Positions 13,880 through 27,610 of a DNA stretch of 64,000 bases are shown here, in pieces. The stretch is from Sphagnum compactum. Its lineage: Eukaryota. Where the stretch lies: assembly GCA_965153455.1 (NCBI GenBank), contig OZ234494.1, positions 992,001 through 1,056,000 of the forward strand. Reading direction: 5' to 3'. Position numbers and translations under genes: made by a program. The notes beneath the pieces were generated by a model. That model was not told the origin of the DNA. It did no database searches and saw nothing but the letters and a program-made list of their open reading frames with translations. Within the stretch, counting starts at the first letter, position 1; every line of letters starts with the position of its first letter.

Positions 13880-14590
13880 CTAGTGGTACCCGTGACCTTC
13901 GGACACCCGTGGCTACACCACTCCAGCCACCCCGAACGCTCTGTTTGGTTGCCATAATAAATTTTCCCAAAATAACAGTCGTGGGTCCCACCTTAAGGCA
14001 TTTATATCCCCACAGATCAAAACAATATTGTGACTTAGCGCAGTGGTCTCGACCGCCGTTGTGCGGGTATGAGAACCAGCCGTGTGTACCCTCAGGTTAT
14101 CAGTCCGAGTATTTATTCCCTTACCCGACGGGGTGAGAAAACCCAAAACCCCGGTTCTAACATTTTGAACCTTGGTTCCCGAAAGTTTTGGAAATTTTCG
14201 AAAACACGCTCCTCTATATAACCGTCGGTTCTTTCGGTAGTGGGGGGGGGAGGGGAAGGTTTTTATATCCGCCTCTGGTGCGGTGGGAGAGGGATGCGAT
14301 CCGACCGTCATTCCTTCCCTTCGGACGGCTGCGATGTTTTGTGGAGATCAGGTCCTAGTTTGTACACCTGGCCGGTGCGAAAATCGTGATGGTTGCTCGC
14401 TGCTTCACCGGCCTCTCCCTCCCCCACCCCCCAAAACCCTCGTCACAGACAAACGGTCAGCTACGGCCGGTTTTGCCATAGTGTTAAAACATAAAAAATG
14501 CTTTTGCTACAGAATCGACCTTGCAGAGACTGTTAACAGGTCGGAACGCCCTATCACAGACAGACGAACAAGTGAATTAATATATTATAT
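13880..14590 (-). mobile_element. Non-autonomous Helitron
   Basis: GC/CpG-rich island in AT-rich DNA. On the minus strand it ends GTGTCC-GAA-GGTCAC (imperfect hairpin)..GGGTACCACTAG followed by T. Its other end reads ATATAATATATTAATTCACTTGTTCGTCTGTCTGT, typical of Helitron 5' ends, although the terminal TC is not intact. No TSD. Confidence 0.65.
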
Positions 14591-15609
14591 TATTATTATT
14601 ATTATTATTATATCATTTACTATTTTAAATATCAACACTTTCGTGGCTATTTATTTGCCCAAAAAGCCCCACTTGGGGACACACACACACACTAAAGAGG
14701 CATTAGATTCATCACCATAATAATATAACTATTTATTTTTTTAAAATTAAACTAAATTAAATTAAATTAAATTATTTTTGGGCAATTTAGTTGTAATCAT
14801 TGATGAATCTTTATGATTTTTTAATGTATTTATATTTTTTATTCTTATTTATAATTTGGTTGTGGGGGTTTTAGGGTTAGTTGGGGGAGAGAGTGTACTT
14901 ATTCAACCTTTTTTTCTTCTTTTCATGCTTTCATCAAAACCTAGACTTCCTTCCTCGTACTTAAATTCAATAGCACTCAAATAATTGAGGAATGGGAGAG
15001 AATGTGTCAAAATCCAAAGTTGCGAGAGAAAATAATAATAATAATAATAATAAATAAATTTAAAAAAATAAAAATTGAAACTTGTTGCATTGTGAAGTCT
15101 TGTAATAAAGGCTCTAATATCTCCTCATTGGCTTGAATAACATGTATTTTGCTACTAAAAAGAAGGGGAAAAAAAATAGAAAAGAAAAAGAAAAACCCTA
15201 AAAGTTACTTGAGCAATGTACTAGGTGGTTTCCCAAGGTGACATTAATAACCAATCCTTGTGCCTAACAAATCATCGATAATATATTTTTAAAAAAAACA
15301 GGTTAATTGATAACTGGGGATATTAGTTTGACAAGGAAATTGATAACAATTGGGTCTAGAAAATTTGAAATTTATTATTAATAATAATATTATTACCACA
15401 GTGTATTAATAATAATAAATTCAAAAATATTATTAATAATAATTGTGTTCCCCCCCAAATCCCCAAAAGGTATAATAGCAGGAAATAATGGGGTGTTTGA
15501 ATGGATTGTAGAGTTTTTGAAAGAATTTCTCCAATAGTTGATGATCTAAGTAGTATCTAGATCTAAATCTAGCATATTTTTAAATTTGAAATCACAAAAA
15601 AAAAAAAAC

Positions 15610-15805
15610 TTAACCATAACCTTAACCTTAACCTTGACCTTAACCTTAACCTTAACCTTGAACTCTAGGCCTAACCCACACCAGGTGATTCTCAAATAGG
15701 TTCTCAAATACCCACCTTGAGAACCACAATACTATTGCCTAGGTAAGGTAGGCTATAGGGTTTAGGGTTTAGGGTTTGTTTTTAAGGGTTTAGGGTTTAG
15801 GGTTT
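15610..15805. repeat. (AACCTT)n tract and interstitial (TTTAGGG)n telomere-like tract
   Basis: About 8 AACCTT-type hexamers at 15612-15660; TAGGGTT repeats at ~15757-15804. Confidence 0.8.
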
Positions 15806-16116
15806 CAATCCTGGTTATATAACTTATGATAATAACATTTGGGTTTTCACCCAACACGGGATGGAAAGAAGACTGATGCACACATCTTGTGCAAGAAGAG
15901 CAGCAGAATGGAATCCATACAAGATAAACAAAAAAAAGCTTTAGCTCAATGGAATGTGGCTCATGAGTCATGGGCCACCATGGCATTCGATCTATATATA
16001 TCCATCAACCAAATTCTTGTCTATAACTGCAAATTTTGAGAAGACTCAAGCCTCATTGTTTTGGGTTGGAGGTCGGGTTGTTTTTGTTGTTGTTGTTGTT
16101 GTTGTTGTTGTCGTCG

Positions 16117-16491
16117 TCAATTGAGATAGTCTTTGGGGCCACTCATCTTATGCCCAATGGCTATGACAGCATTTCGATCTAGCCAAGCCAAGCACATTGC
16201 TGCAGTCCATGAGAACTTTGTACCACCTGCACCATCCCCTGTCACAGGACAAAAGTACTCCCGTAGACCTGCCTTGTTTGTCAGCTCGATGGAGTCATTC
16301 TTTATTCGATCTGCCAGTTCATCATACCTGTGCAGTTGTGCAGACAAAATCAGAGTTTTACACCAGAAAAAGAAAAGGTCAGGTTTGTGCAGAGCCCCCA
16401 TCTTCTAAGTCAGTTCCTCAGGGATGGGTTTTGAGCAGGATGAGAGAGAGAGAACAACCTCCCAGAGAGAGAAAGAAGCTTGACAGAGAAC

Positions 16492-16523
<32 letters not shown>

Positions 16524-19278
16524 GAGAAAGTAAAGTACCCATAGTGGCGAAGGCCGTTAGAAATCATCCAGTTGATAATGAGCCAGATGGGGCCACGCCA
16601 GTAGCGAAGCTGCTCAAACCGTGGATCCTGAGGGTCAAGGCTAGGCACAGCGTATTTCACATGCTCCAACCATGTATTGAGATTCTCTACTAGTCTGGCT
16701 GCTTGCTCCCTTGTTGCCACGCCTATTTTTTCCCCACACAACACAACCAGGAACAATGTCAATAAAAATCCACCTTTCTTTATACTTCTGGAAGTGGGAT
16801 TCATGTTAGGGTTTATGGGCTTATGGGTTTTTTTTTTCTTTCTTTCCAGGGTAAAGATTTTGGTGTCTTCAGTTGTGAGAAAAGTTGAATAAATAGTAAT
16901 ACCTGCAAAAAGAGGTAGAAATGCTGCAGAAATTGCTGCATCCGCAAGTTTCCCAGTGATTTGGTCCTGGCATTTAAACAAGCCAGCCTCTTCATCCCAA
17001 AGCTTCTTGAAGCCTTCAAAGCCATTGTCCAGCCAGCCTTCAATCTCTGCCACAGCATCTGTCTTTCCCAGTTGCAAAGCCAGCCATCGCAAGTCACGGT
17101 TTGCTCGGAACAAGATGCTGTTGACACACAAATCAGTGACACGGAATGGCGAAATCTCGTATAATTTGTCTGGATCATAGAAGTTCTCTCTCTTGAACCT
17201 GCCACAAGTACATGGTGGAAAAACACACCAATCATTGCCCCCAAACATGACTCATGACCCCAGAGTAAAAAAGGAACCCATTTTTTTGTTCTTCTGCAGA
17301 TGATGAACTAAATTATTTGAGAGGCAGGTACATAAACTTGAGACTGGATTTTGTCAGTAGCAATTTCTGCATACAGAGTGCAGTGTATGATCTGAGATTT
17401 TATTAAATTTCATACCTGTACAGGAGTGTAAGGTAGCGATCATAAGTCTCTTTGGTAGGGCGCATGTTGGCATTGACATGTGTAAGGTCCTGCCTCTCAT
17501 AAGGTGGGAGGGCAGGGTCAATTGGAAATGTCATAGATTCATCCCATGCAGGGCTGTTGTCCATGCCTGATTCCCATGGATGTAATATTGCCACCACCCC
17601 AGTGTTATTTGGATCACGTGCCTGTTTTTTGGACATCATTCATGTTTCTATCAGCAAGGGACCCGCAAGTGTGTCTACATCTGTAGCAGCAGCAGCAGCA
17701 GCAAAAGGACTTTCTGATGCTCAGATGCATTGAGGTTCAACTATTGACCAAAGTCATTTTTTGTTAGAGCAGTGGCTGGATGTGCTTTGGAAAATTTGGC
17801 AAAAAAAGGATCCATGTGCAAAATGACTGCGATGCCAAGGAGAAAAAACCCAACAAAGTACCTACCTTGTACCACCATCTGTGCCAAGCTAACATCTTCG
17901 GAAACAGATCCTCAATCTTTTGCTTTGCTTCCACTGGATGCGCGGTGTGTTCGTACATGAACCTGGCTGAAAGAGCAGCCACAGGGGGCTGCGAGATGCC
18001 GCTGGTCTTACTGGGATTTTCTGGAGTGCCCCAGATCTCTGGCCCTGGGAAGTATGTCTTTGAGAATTTGTGGAAGTTGATAGATGCCACCATACCATCT
18101 TTCCACTGATCTGAGAACAAGGTTTCCAGCTCCTCCCATGCTCTCATTTCATCAAACACTGCCCACCCTGCTGCTACTATGGCTGAATCCCAGTTCCACT
18201 GCACAAAAATCCGCCCCACCCCAGTGTGTGTGTTAGTGTTTACTAATCAAGATTCCAAACCTCCCTAACACTTTGAACAATCCAAACACACAAACAAAAG
18301 AATCCATCAAGATTTTATAACCTACACTGTCCAGAAATCCAATCAAAGAAAAGTTCAGAATTTACCAAGACCTGTGACTGACTTGTAATCATTTGGCAAA
18401 AGTTGTACACTCTAGGAACTCAAGAAAATAAATAAATTTGAAGTCTGGGATTGCAAATGAAAAGAAGATGAGTTTGCTCAGATTTGGACTTATCTGAGAG
18501 TAAAGAATCCAAAAAACAGGTTTGAGAGACACTCATGGGGATCAAAGCATTGGAAGAAGCTGAAGTTTTCGATTGCAGCTTTCAGGTTCTTGAAGAAAGC
18601 AGGATTTTTTTTTGATTGAGGCTAAAATTCTCAAACTTGAGGATAAACAGAACTTGATTGAGCAATGACGGAATTTAGGGTTCTAAGAGAGGGAGGTGAG
18701 TAAGAAAGAGATTTGTACTTGGAATGGATAGAGGCCTTGAGCAGGGACAGTGTAACCACCACGATCATTTGAGCGCAATACTTCCATAGAATCCGTGACA
18801 ATATGGGCACGGATACTCTGCTCAAGCTCACTCTCATGCTCTCTGCACATATACCCAACAACAGAAAAACCCACAAAAACAACAACATTATTCCAACACC
18901 TCTGTCTCTGTCTCTACAATTCTAAGTCCTTTTTCCTTCCACACCCACAATGGCCCCCATCCAAAATGTAATGCCCAGCTGTTTGTTCATTGCAGAGAAC
19001 ATTGAGAGAGTTTCTTGACATTCAAGCTTTGTCAATGGAGCTCTGTTTCTGAAATTTCTGAAATCCAAAGGGGGACAAGCATCATCATCATCATCATCAT
19101 GAACAATCATCATCACTCACATGTGGCCTATGGTGAAAAGACGGCGGAGGCTGTTCTCTCTCCACAAAGCACGATCCTTGTCTTGTTTGGCAGGAGCAGC
19201 TGAAGCAGCTCTTGCAGTAGGGCCCTCCACCTTACCAGTAAATGGAAGCAAACTTGGGTACCTGGGTATTTCTGCCAT
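16117..19278 (-). CDS. mgh: Mannosylglycerate/glucosylglycerate hydrolase-like glycoside hydrolase (GH63, (alpha/alpha)6 barrel), ~503 aa, 7 coding exons
   Basis: Predicted exons 19278-19121, 18842-18719, 18198-17866, 17621-17416, 17198-16903, 16722-16539, 16327-16117 sum to 1512 nt, in frame. Motifs of bacterial MgH/GgH: VLRSNDRGGYTVPAQGLYPFQWNWDS, QWKDGMV, YFPGPEIW, TSGISQPPV, HPWESGMDNSPAWD, YWRGPIW, EYFCPVTGDGAGGTKFSWTAA. An AG just upstream of the ATG suggests further 5' (possibly UTR) exons near 19555-19600. Confidence 0.88.
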
Positions 19279-20504
19279 TCCTAAACACACTTCTCTATTA
19301 ACCGTATCTCAAATGCTCAAACTGCTGATCAAGCTCACAACCATCAACTGCAAATCAAGCAAAACAAAAAAAACCAAAACCCAAAACCAAAAAAAGCTGT
19401 ACCACCTTTGCAAACCCCTTTTGCACTTCAACAATTCCCCCCCCCTTCTTCCAAAAATTGCACACCAACAAAGTCCTTTCTTCAAAACTTGCACTTGCAA
19501 AAAAAATCCTCCTCCTTCTCCTCCTCCTCCTCCTCCTCCTCAAAACTAACAGCTACCCATCACTCCTGGCACCTTCCACTGAGGGATACAGAGCTTCTAT
19601 GCAAATGAGAGAAAAAAACTATAGAAATAGGAGAAAGTGGGTGGTGGGTTATATGTGGGGGACTAGTAAGTGACTCTTCAACAGACTTGGCAAACACTTG
19701 TTCTCTTTTCTTCTGTTTTCTTGCTTACAATGCAACAAGAAGAAGAAGAAGAAGAAGAAGAGGAAGAGTGTGTGAAAGGAACAAAAAAGAAGAAGAAGCT
19801 TCAGATATACTTTGCTTAAAAAAAGCTTCAGAAGTACAAAGTCTCTTCCCCACAACACTCCCCCACCCAGCAAGCACACTTTTGCCATGCAAGTTCTGGT
19901 GGGTACCACTATACAGGGCCCTGTACATGGCCCTGTATGAGTCTGATGATTCTGCCCACTTTTTTATTTTTTTCTTAAAAGCAAATTTTGTCATGATCTC
20001 TCCTGCAAACTCTTTGCTGCAAAATAAATAAATAAATAAATAAATTCATTATATAAATATAAATAATTATATTATATATAAATATTATATATATATAAAT
20101 AATTTGGGTTTGTGAGAAAGTCTATGGTGGAATTTCCTGAAATTTTTGAAATTTTTTATTTTCAGGAAATTTTCAAATTTTCAGGAAAATTCATGAGTAG
20201 GTAAGTGGCCTGCTTTTTTTTTTTTTTGTCTATTTCAGACTAAGAATAATATTTTGAGAGTAAAATTACCCAAAGTTTGAAACATGGGTAAAAAAATAAT
20301 GAGATTTTGGCTATCTTAGACTTGAGTACTACTATAATAGTATAGCGGGTTTAGCACTTTTGATGCCGATATATTTAATATATTTTTTCCTAAGAAATTC
20401 TCTGGCATAACCCTCAAAAAAAAAAAAAAATTGAACCAAAATTTTATTGATTTTAGTTAAAACTTATGATGAAACAGAACTTTCATTGAAAAAAAGAAAC
20501 TGGG

Positions 20505-20583
20505 GATGATGGATGGATGGATGGATGAATGGATGGATGGGTGAATGGATGGATGGATGAATAGATGGATGGATGGATGGATG
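20505..20583. repeat. (GGAT)n microsatellite
   Basis: Direct reading; a few variant units. Confidence 0.95.
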
Positions 20584-21455
20584 TCTTTCAATATTAACAC
20601 CAAAGTTCCTTCTACCAAACATAAGAAAATGGCAAAACCAAAGTAGATTACCCAAACTGCCACTTCAAAATTCATAACACTTCTTTGCAAGTGCAAAAGT
20701 TTAAGCCCTTCCTCAAAACACCCTACCTATTGGGGCCACTCTTGGGCACCCAATACAATGCCATGACTTTTTTAGCCTCATTCATATATATATATATATA
20801 TATAATTTTAATTTTAATTTTTTAAAAAAATAAATTAAAAAAATCCCAACAACATTCTCTCTTCTTGTCCTTACGTGGAGGCACATAAAGAACCCACACC
20901 CAATTGTAAGAAGCAAAATGCAAATGACTTCATGACACCCAATCACACTTCCAAGCTCCTTTTGTGAACACTAACTTCAAGGGAAATGCCTTGAATTTGT
21001 AAGTGTACTGCACACACATGCACTTGGCAACTCCTAACTTGCAATGGAGACTTTGTTGATATGTTGGATCCAAAGCATTTCCCCACTTGGCATACCTTCA
21101 TTTGCTTGTTGGGTAGTTTGGAGAATGTGCCTCTTTGGGTTGGAGCAAGTCTTTTGGCTTTGTGTTGTCTTCTTACCTATCATTTCCTAACATGGCCTTT
21201 CCAAGTCATCCCTTATTTATTTGGGATTTGCAAATTTGTATCCCACCCACATTGTAGGTTTAGGGTTTAGGGATGCCTACACTTTTTGCCATGGACCACA
21301 AAAATCCATTTTTTGAGAGTGAAAGTTGGAAACTTTGTTGTTACTCTCATCAAAGTTTTCCACCCAAAAACCAAAAAAAAAAAAACAAAACAAAACATTA
21401 CACTCTCCTTTTTTCCCTTCGAGACTAGAGGATTAAAAACTCAACCCAAGTTGAA

Positions 21456-21495
<40 letters not shown>

Positions 21496-24400
21496 CATAT
21501 ATATATGAATTTATAAAGAATTGTAATAACCTCCCTTGTGTAAAGGTGAGTTTATTGCCTAAAATCCTCCAACGAAGGACTTCAATATGATAGAGAGAAT
21601 ATCCTAAAATTTCGATCACAATGTACTCAAAATAAGCCATGGAATGAGTTGAATTTGACAAATTTTGAAATGGGTTGAATTCTAATTTAAATTCTAATTT
21701 TAAAAAATCATTTAAAAAATGAACTTTAAGCTAAAATCTACTCCAATCATGTATTAATAAATAAGCACATTAAAACAATTATGGGAGATCACTTTAGGTA
21801 TTGGGTTAGGGTCGAAGAAAGTGATGATTTTAAGTGCTTTTATTTTAGAGTTCAAATTACCTAACCATATTATATGGTTTCATTATTTGTCATGATTTTG
21901 TTCAAATTATTTTAACCATGTTACTTGGTTTCATGGTTTCTCATGATTTTGTTTGAACTTGTCCTAAAGAGTAGCTATTATATATTACCCTAGGAATAGT
22001 GATTCATTGGGGGGTGGTGATCCATGTAAAATGTGTTTATCAAATAGAAAAAAATTCATCAATTTTGTAGAATCAAAAACCTTGAATGACGGAGAATTTC
22101 ATTTTTATTTTTAAAAACATTGCAATGAACCCCTTGTTTTGTTATATGTTGGGTTTTTGGTAGGGATATTGTGTTGAGAATCATTATAGAGTATAGTAGC
22201 TTCAAGGGATTTTGCACCCTATCAACTAGGTGAGATGATACATCCTAATTTGGATGTAAAAAAATATTCACATTCATTTTTTGACATTTTATTTTCTCTC
22301 CCACCCCCTCAAATGTGCACCCGGCCCGATTGACTTTGTCACCAATTCATCACCGCAAAACTAAATATGAAAATACTAAAAAATGGTTATGGCACCCATC
22401 ATATGCAAAAATTTGTGTAATTCTTTTTAAAATGTGACAATGTGATTGAATTACATTCAAATACACATGTCATGACAAGTCTTTTCTTTTTGGTTTGAAA
22501 TTTTGCACAATTGTGAAAAATAAATATGAAAAGAGAATATTTGATCATTTTTTTTTAAAAGTAAAAAAAAAAAGTCATTACATTTGCAGAAAATTGAAAA
22601 TCATGTTGTGACATTTTCCTATTGATTTTGATCTTTAAATTTTTGGATCTTTAAATAGGTTCGTAGAACATGTCATCAAATCATTAAATAATCCTCAAAA
22701 TAGTGAAATGAAATTTTGTGAAAATATGAAGTGTACATATAAATGTTGAAAAATCACCATAATTATCATAGGTTACATTCAGAATAATTTCACTACTCAT
22801 ATCACAATATTATAGTAGATGAAGGAATATATATATATTCAAAATTAAAAAAATGAATTCAATTTTTTTGAAAAAAATAAAATTATTCGTTTCATCAATG
22901 TGGAAACTGACCCTAGGCTATGGTAATCAGATTTGTCTTAGGTTGCGACACCGGTGGAAAGATGAGAGTGGTACTACTTGTTATTGTGTGGGCATTCTAA
23001 CCTAGGGTACCATATTTACATCTAGCTAGAGTGAACCAACACCCACCATCACACTTTTGCATGGGATTTGTGTCCTAGAAGTGACCATGGTGGTTAGATA
23101 CATACTAACCATCAACATGTGTCTACTTATCTAGTAATTTTTGGAGTGCCTTAAAGCAAGAAATCCCAATTGGGAGGGTGGGGCAACAATTGCATCACAA
23201 AATCATTCAAGAAATACAACAAGGGCGAAGAAAGGAGACACCACCGAATGGTGTCCTCATCCACACCAAAAATATTAAAGTGACATCAAATAGATCTCCA
23301 AGAGGATTCAATATTAGCTTGTTGACTAGGATCCGTAGAACTCATGTGCTTTGCTTATGGCACACCAAGTGGTCATGCCCACCTTCACAATGATGGTCTA
23401 GGATTAAAGAAAAACCTTGGAATTGGGATGGTGCTCATCAAAGTGGAAAATGACATGCTCAACCTAGATAAAATAAAGAATAAAACTATGAAGAATGATT
23501 GTTTAAGAGAAAAAAATGTTATCAATATGCGAACTACATCACAAATTTACTAGTTTTATTAGTTCATTCAAAATTCGCACAAAATTTGTTATTTTATAAG
23601 TTTGTGTTTTTTACACACTGACGTCATGTATCTAAAACATGTAAGATTCATTTTTCAAAATTAAAAATATTGGTTGAAAATATTTCATTCTACTTATATG
23701 TGCATCATACTTGTTTTAAACACATGATGTCTATATGCAAAAAACAAAAACCCATGAAATAAATTTTTTGCATGATTTCTATTATCAGTCATGGGATGGG
23801 AAGTTTGTGATGTATGGATAAAAGAGTCGTCATCATCCCTAACAAAAATATCACTAATAGAAATAAAGTTCCAAGATAGATTAATCATGTGAAGATCCTC
23901 CCATTTGTTCTAGACTTTAAAAAAGGTGGTCCATGTAGTGGTTGCTTTTATGCAAGTAAGAAAACAATGTTGGGGAGTTTCAATGATTGAATCATGGTAG
24001 ACTTTATAGATGGGGTTGATGCCATGCAAACAAGTCAAGAAATAACATGCAACCTACATCAAAAATAATTTTCTTGGGCAACATAATGTTACCTTTTTCC
24101 ACCTTGAAGAAAGTTCCATGGTTTTTTTGGGTAACCCATAGGGGCTTTAAATCTTTATTAAAAATTTGGATTTCATGTTGGTTGGTTTGCAAAAAGTAAT
24201 TCCTTTGATTTTGAACGTGGAAATATTTAAGTGTTGTCATCATGTACCTTTGTGCTAACATGTTAGATACAAATGTGAAGCCATTTTGAACTTGGGATTG
24301 GATTAATGTTCAAAGACTCAAAGAAAGAAGGTTTCAAGCAAGAGGATTCCATGTTCCTCTTATTCAAGCAAAACGAAGCCTTTAAAAAGGGGATGGGCAT

Positions 24401-25289
24401 TAACCCATTTGATTTGACCTTTGGGTCAAAATCTTTTAAAACGTACCACTCAAAATGAAAATGAAACAATCTTTATTGGAGTTTTATATTTTGATTTTAA
24501 TCATTATCAAAAAATTAGAATGTGTTAAATATAGGTCAATGTTTTAATTATCACATATATAAAACCATCAATATCATTCATTTTGTGTATGGTGAAACAT
24601 GACTAATAAAAAAATATAAAAAAAGTGATGTTGTCACACATTTTTGGTACACTTAAACAAATTTGTACCCTTCTAGAATTCCATTTCCAATGCCACAATA
24701 AATCAATTTTATTTTTTCTTTCTCTTGCTGTTTGCTTCAAAATTTTCAATTTGAAATTTTTTATGATTCAAAATCCTCCATGGTTTCAAATTGGTCTATT
24801 GTGTCATCTTGAAGGTTTTCAAAAGGGTTGTGATAAATTTAATTGACTTCTAATTTTCATTTCTTCCTCACAATGAAACAAAAGGGTAATGATTTATTAT
24901 TTTAAAAAATTCTAACACCTTTGAATTGCTAGCAACCTTGGCATCTAGGTGATTCCATTTCATTTTGGACAACTAGGTTGGAATAGAATTTTCAAGCTTA
25001 AAATCCTTAATACTAAGCACATCCATTTCTTGGTCTTGGATTGATGCACCTCCTAAACCTTTTATAATTCAAGAGAGTTGAAATTAGGGTTTGGAAGTTT
25101 TTTTGGTAGCTTGAGCTTTATGGGTTGTTGCTTCCTTGGAACATCATCATTATTTGGGATACAAGTTTTTGTGTCAATTTTTGTAGGTGTTTTTTCCCCT
25201 AAAAGTTCCATTAGCCATTTAGTCATTCCATGAGGCAATGTTTTTTACAAGTGCAAAGCTTATGTGATTGAAACGTTCCCAAATTGGGG

Positions 25290-25900
25290 ATTTCATGGTT
25301 GTGCATGTGTGATCAAAATGCCCAATTTTTTTAGCATTTCTGACATTGATTTGGTAATCCTAAATACATGATTTGTTGGAAAACAATAGCACCCACCTTT
25401 GTGTGTTTGTTTAATGATGGGATTAAGATGTTCCTAAGGAGTCAATTGATGTCATTCACCTTGACAATGATCAGTTACCCAATAGGTTGCTTTACATATG
25501 AGTTCAAAAGTTCAATCTCAAACACCTCACTAATCTTACTAACCATATGTGTGAATACCTTAGTGTTACAAAAGGTTTGGAAACTGGACCTTGATAATAT
25601 GGGTAAGTTGACATTTTGATTCTTTAATTATAACATTGAAATGAAGTAGGTACTTCAAGAAGCTAAAAGACATCAATCTATTGTGGCAATTTTTCAAGTT
25701 ACTTTAACTCCTTCCTTTGTCAAAAGAACTTCTTTGAAAAAACCCTTGGTGAGCAATTTCACCAAAAAAAAGGATTCATGTAAATGCAATTTCATACATT
25801 CCCAAAGGAACTTTTGCAATGGCCTTCCTCCAAAAGATCGGTTAATGACCATTTATCACACTCTTTTGGCAATGACTTCAAGCACTTCATTGACCCATGG
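25290..25900 (-). mobile_element. Decayed LINE (L1-like) ORF1 with CCHC zinc knuckle
   Basis: Minus-strand translation ...KISEVFEIELLNSYVKQPIG*LIIVKVNDIN*LLRNILIPS...QQIMYLGLPNQCQKC*KIGHFDHTC matches the plant L1 ORF1 Y-x-x-LP-x-x-C-x2-C-x3-GH-x4-C motif; LLTKGFF lies upstream. Boundaries approximate. Confidence 0.7.
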
Positions 25901-27610
25901 TTGCAAAAGGTCCACATTCAACTACAAGTCGTAATCTATTGATAATGAGCCTTGGGGATCTTTGAAGAAATGATTATAGCTTGGAAAGACATGTAGGAGA
26001 ATAGGGTGTTCCAAAAGCTTTTACTACTTCATTCTTGTGTAGCATTGTTTTCAATGGAGATCAAGCCTTGTTAATTTCATGTTCATCACAACCATTGCAA
26101 TCTATAACTAGAGCTTCCCCCCCTCTTTCCTCATAGCCATCATGACTATCCAAGCCAAAAACTTGTCGGAATAAGGTCCAAGGTATGAGAAAGGAGGGAG
26201 GTATTATAACAAAAGGCGACCAATTTGGAATCGAAAGAACTTTTCTTCTTTGTTGGTTATTGTTGGATCAAGAAGATTAAGGAATGTTTGCATGGAGAAG
26301 GGGGCTGAAAAGAGACTTTGCCATTGTTGTTCAATAGAACTTGAACCTTGACATTGGGCTTTCGAAAAAACTACTACAATGGAATACAAAAAAATCTCAA
26401 GCTTAACATAAAAGCATTATTTTTGAGCAATGATTTCGTTACTAGAAATGATTGAGCACGAGCTCCTCCAACATCGTTACCAGTAACTCAAAACAATGGT
26501 GGCAACAAGCTTGCAAAGCATGCACCCAACATTTCTCCTCTAAGCTCATGAGAGAGAAAAAAGAGAATGATGTTGATGTTGAGGTTTTGATGATGAAAGA
26601 CATTGTTTCCACCATTGCCTTTTGATGTAAGAGAACCTTTGCCGGCCATCCATTACAACTCTATGTACCATCCATTGGAAATTCGTTATGACTTTGTTGT
26701 GGAGGAACCATAACTTGAAGTTTTAGTTTGGTTTTAATCATCTTGAGCATATTGATGCGACTATCAATGATTATTAGTTAGTTAGTTTTGCAGTTTGCAA
26801 TTGATCAATTCTTGCCTTCTTATGGTGCAAAATGAGCTTGATTGTTGTTATATTTGGTGCTTTTGTAAGTGATATGAATTTTAGATTCTTTTCATTGATT
26901 TTGAATCGGTTGCTTAGATATGTAGACAAAATAGTGGAACTTAATTAGGTTGGACAAATTGAATTGAACTAGACTTCCAAACTTAAGCACCTTAAACTAT
27001 AATTAGTGTTGTTGGTAAAACCTTTAAGCCTACAAAGATGTATAAAGTTGACCTTTGAGGAAGAGGCAATATCTACAAACATAAGCAAAGCTTACAATGT
27101 AAGTGAGAGTTTGATTTTGTTATTGTTAATCAAGTTTGAATATATTTGCCTCTTAATGACCTTTAAATTTCACTCAACACTTTTTTGTTTTATTTTTGTG
27201 TGGTGCATAACTTTACATTAAGGATTGGCATGGCAAACACTAGGTATTCCACTATCTTCGTGCCCTTCCTTGGTTTCATTACAATTCTAAACTTGACAGT
27301 GCTAAACAATAGAGTTATCCATAAAGTCACTCTGTCTTTGGGGCTGTAGTTTGACCCTCTAATCCCTGTTTCATCACCAATTTGAGTGTATCCAGGAAGA
27401 GAACAAAATCGGGCAGCACCACTCCATGAAACTGGGTATGGGTTCAGAAGACTTGTATGATTGTATTCTGACCAGGCTTGGTTTAATGAAGAATATGAGC
27501 ATTGAGCAGCAATAAAAGGTGCAGGTGAGACAAATTCAAATCTGGGGGTGAGACTTCCCTGAGGACTAATTAAGGCGACAAAACCAGTTTGGTCCCTTTT
27601 TCATCTTCCT

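Noticed and set aside
13909..14720. ORFs in the GC-rich island, possibly a foreign gene
   Set aside because: No protein motifs; the termini fit a non-autonomous Helitron better.
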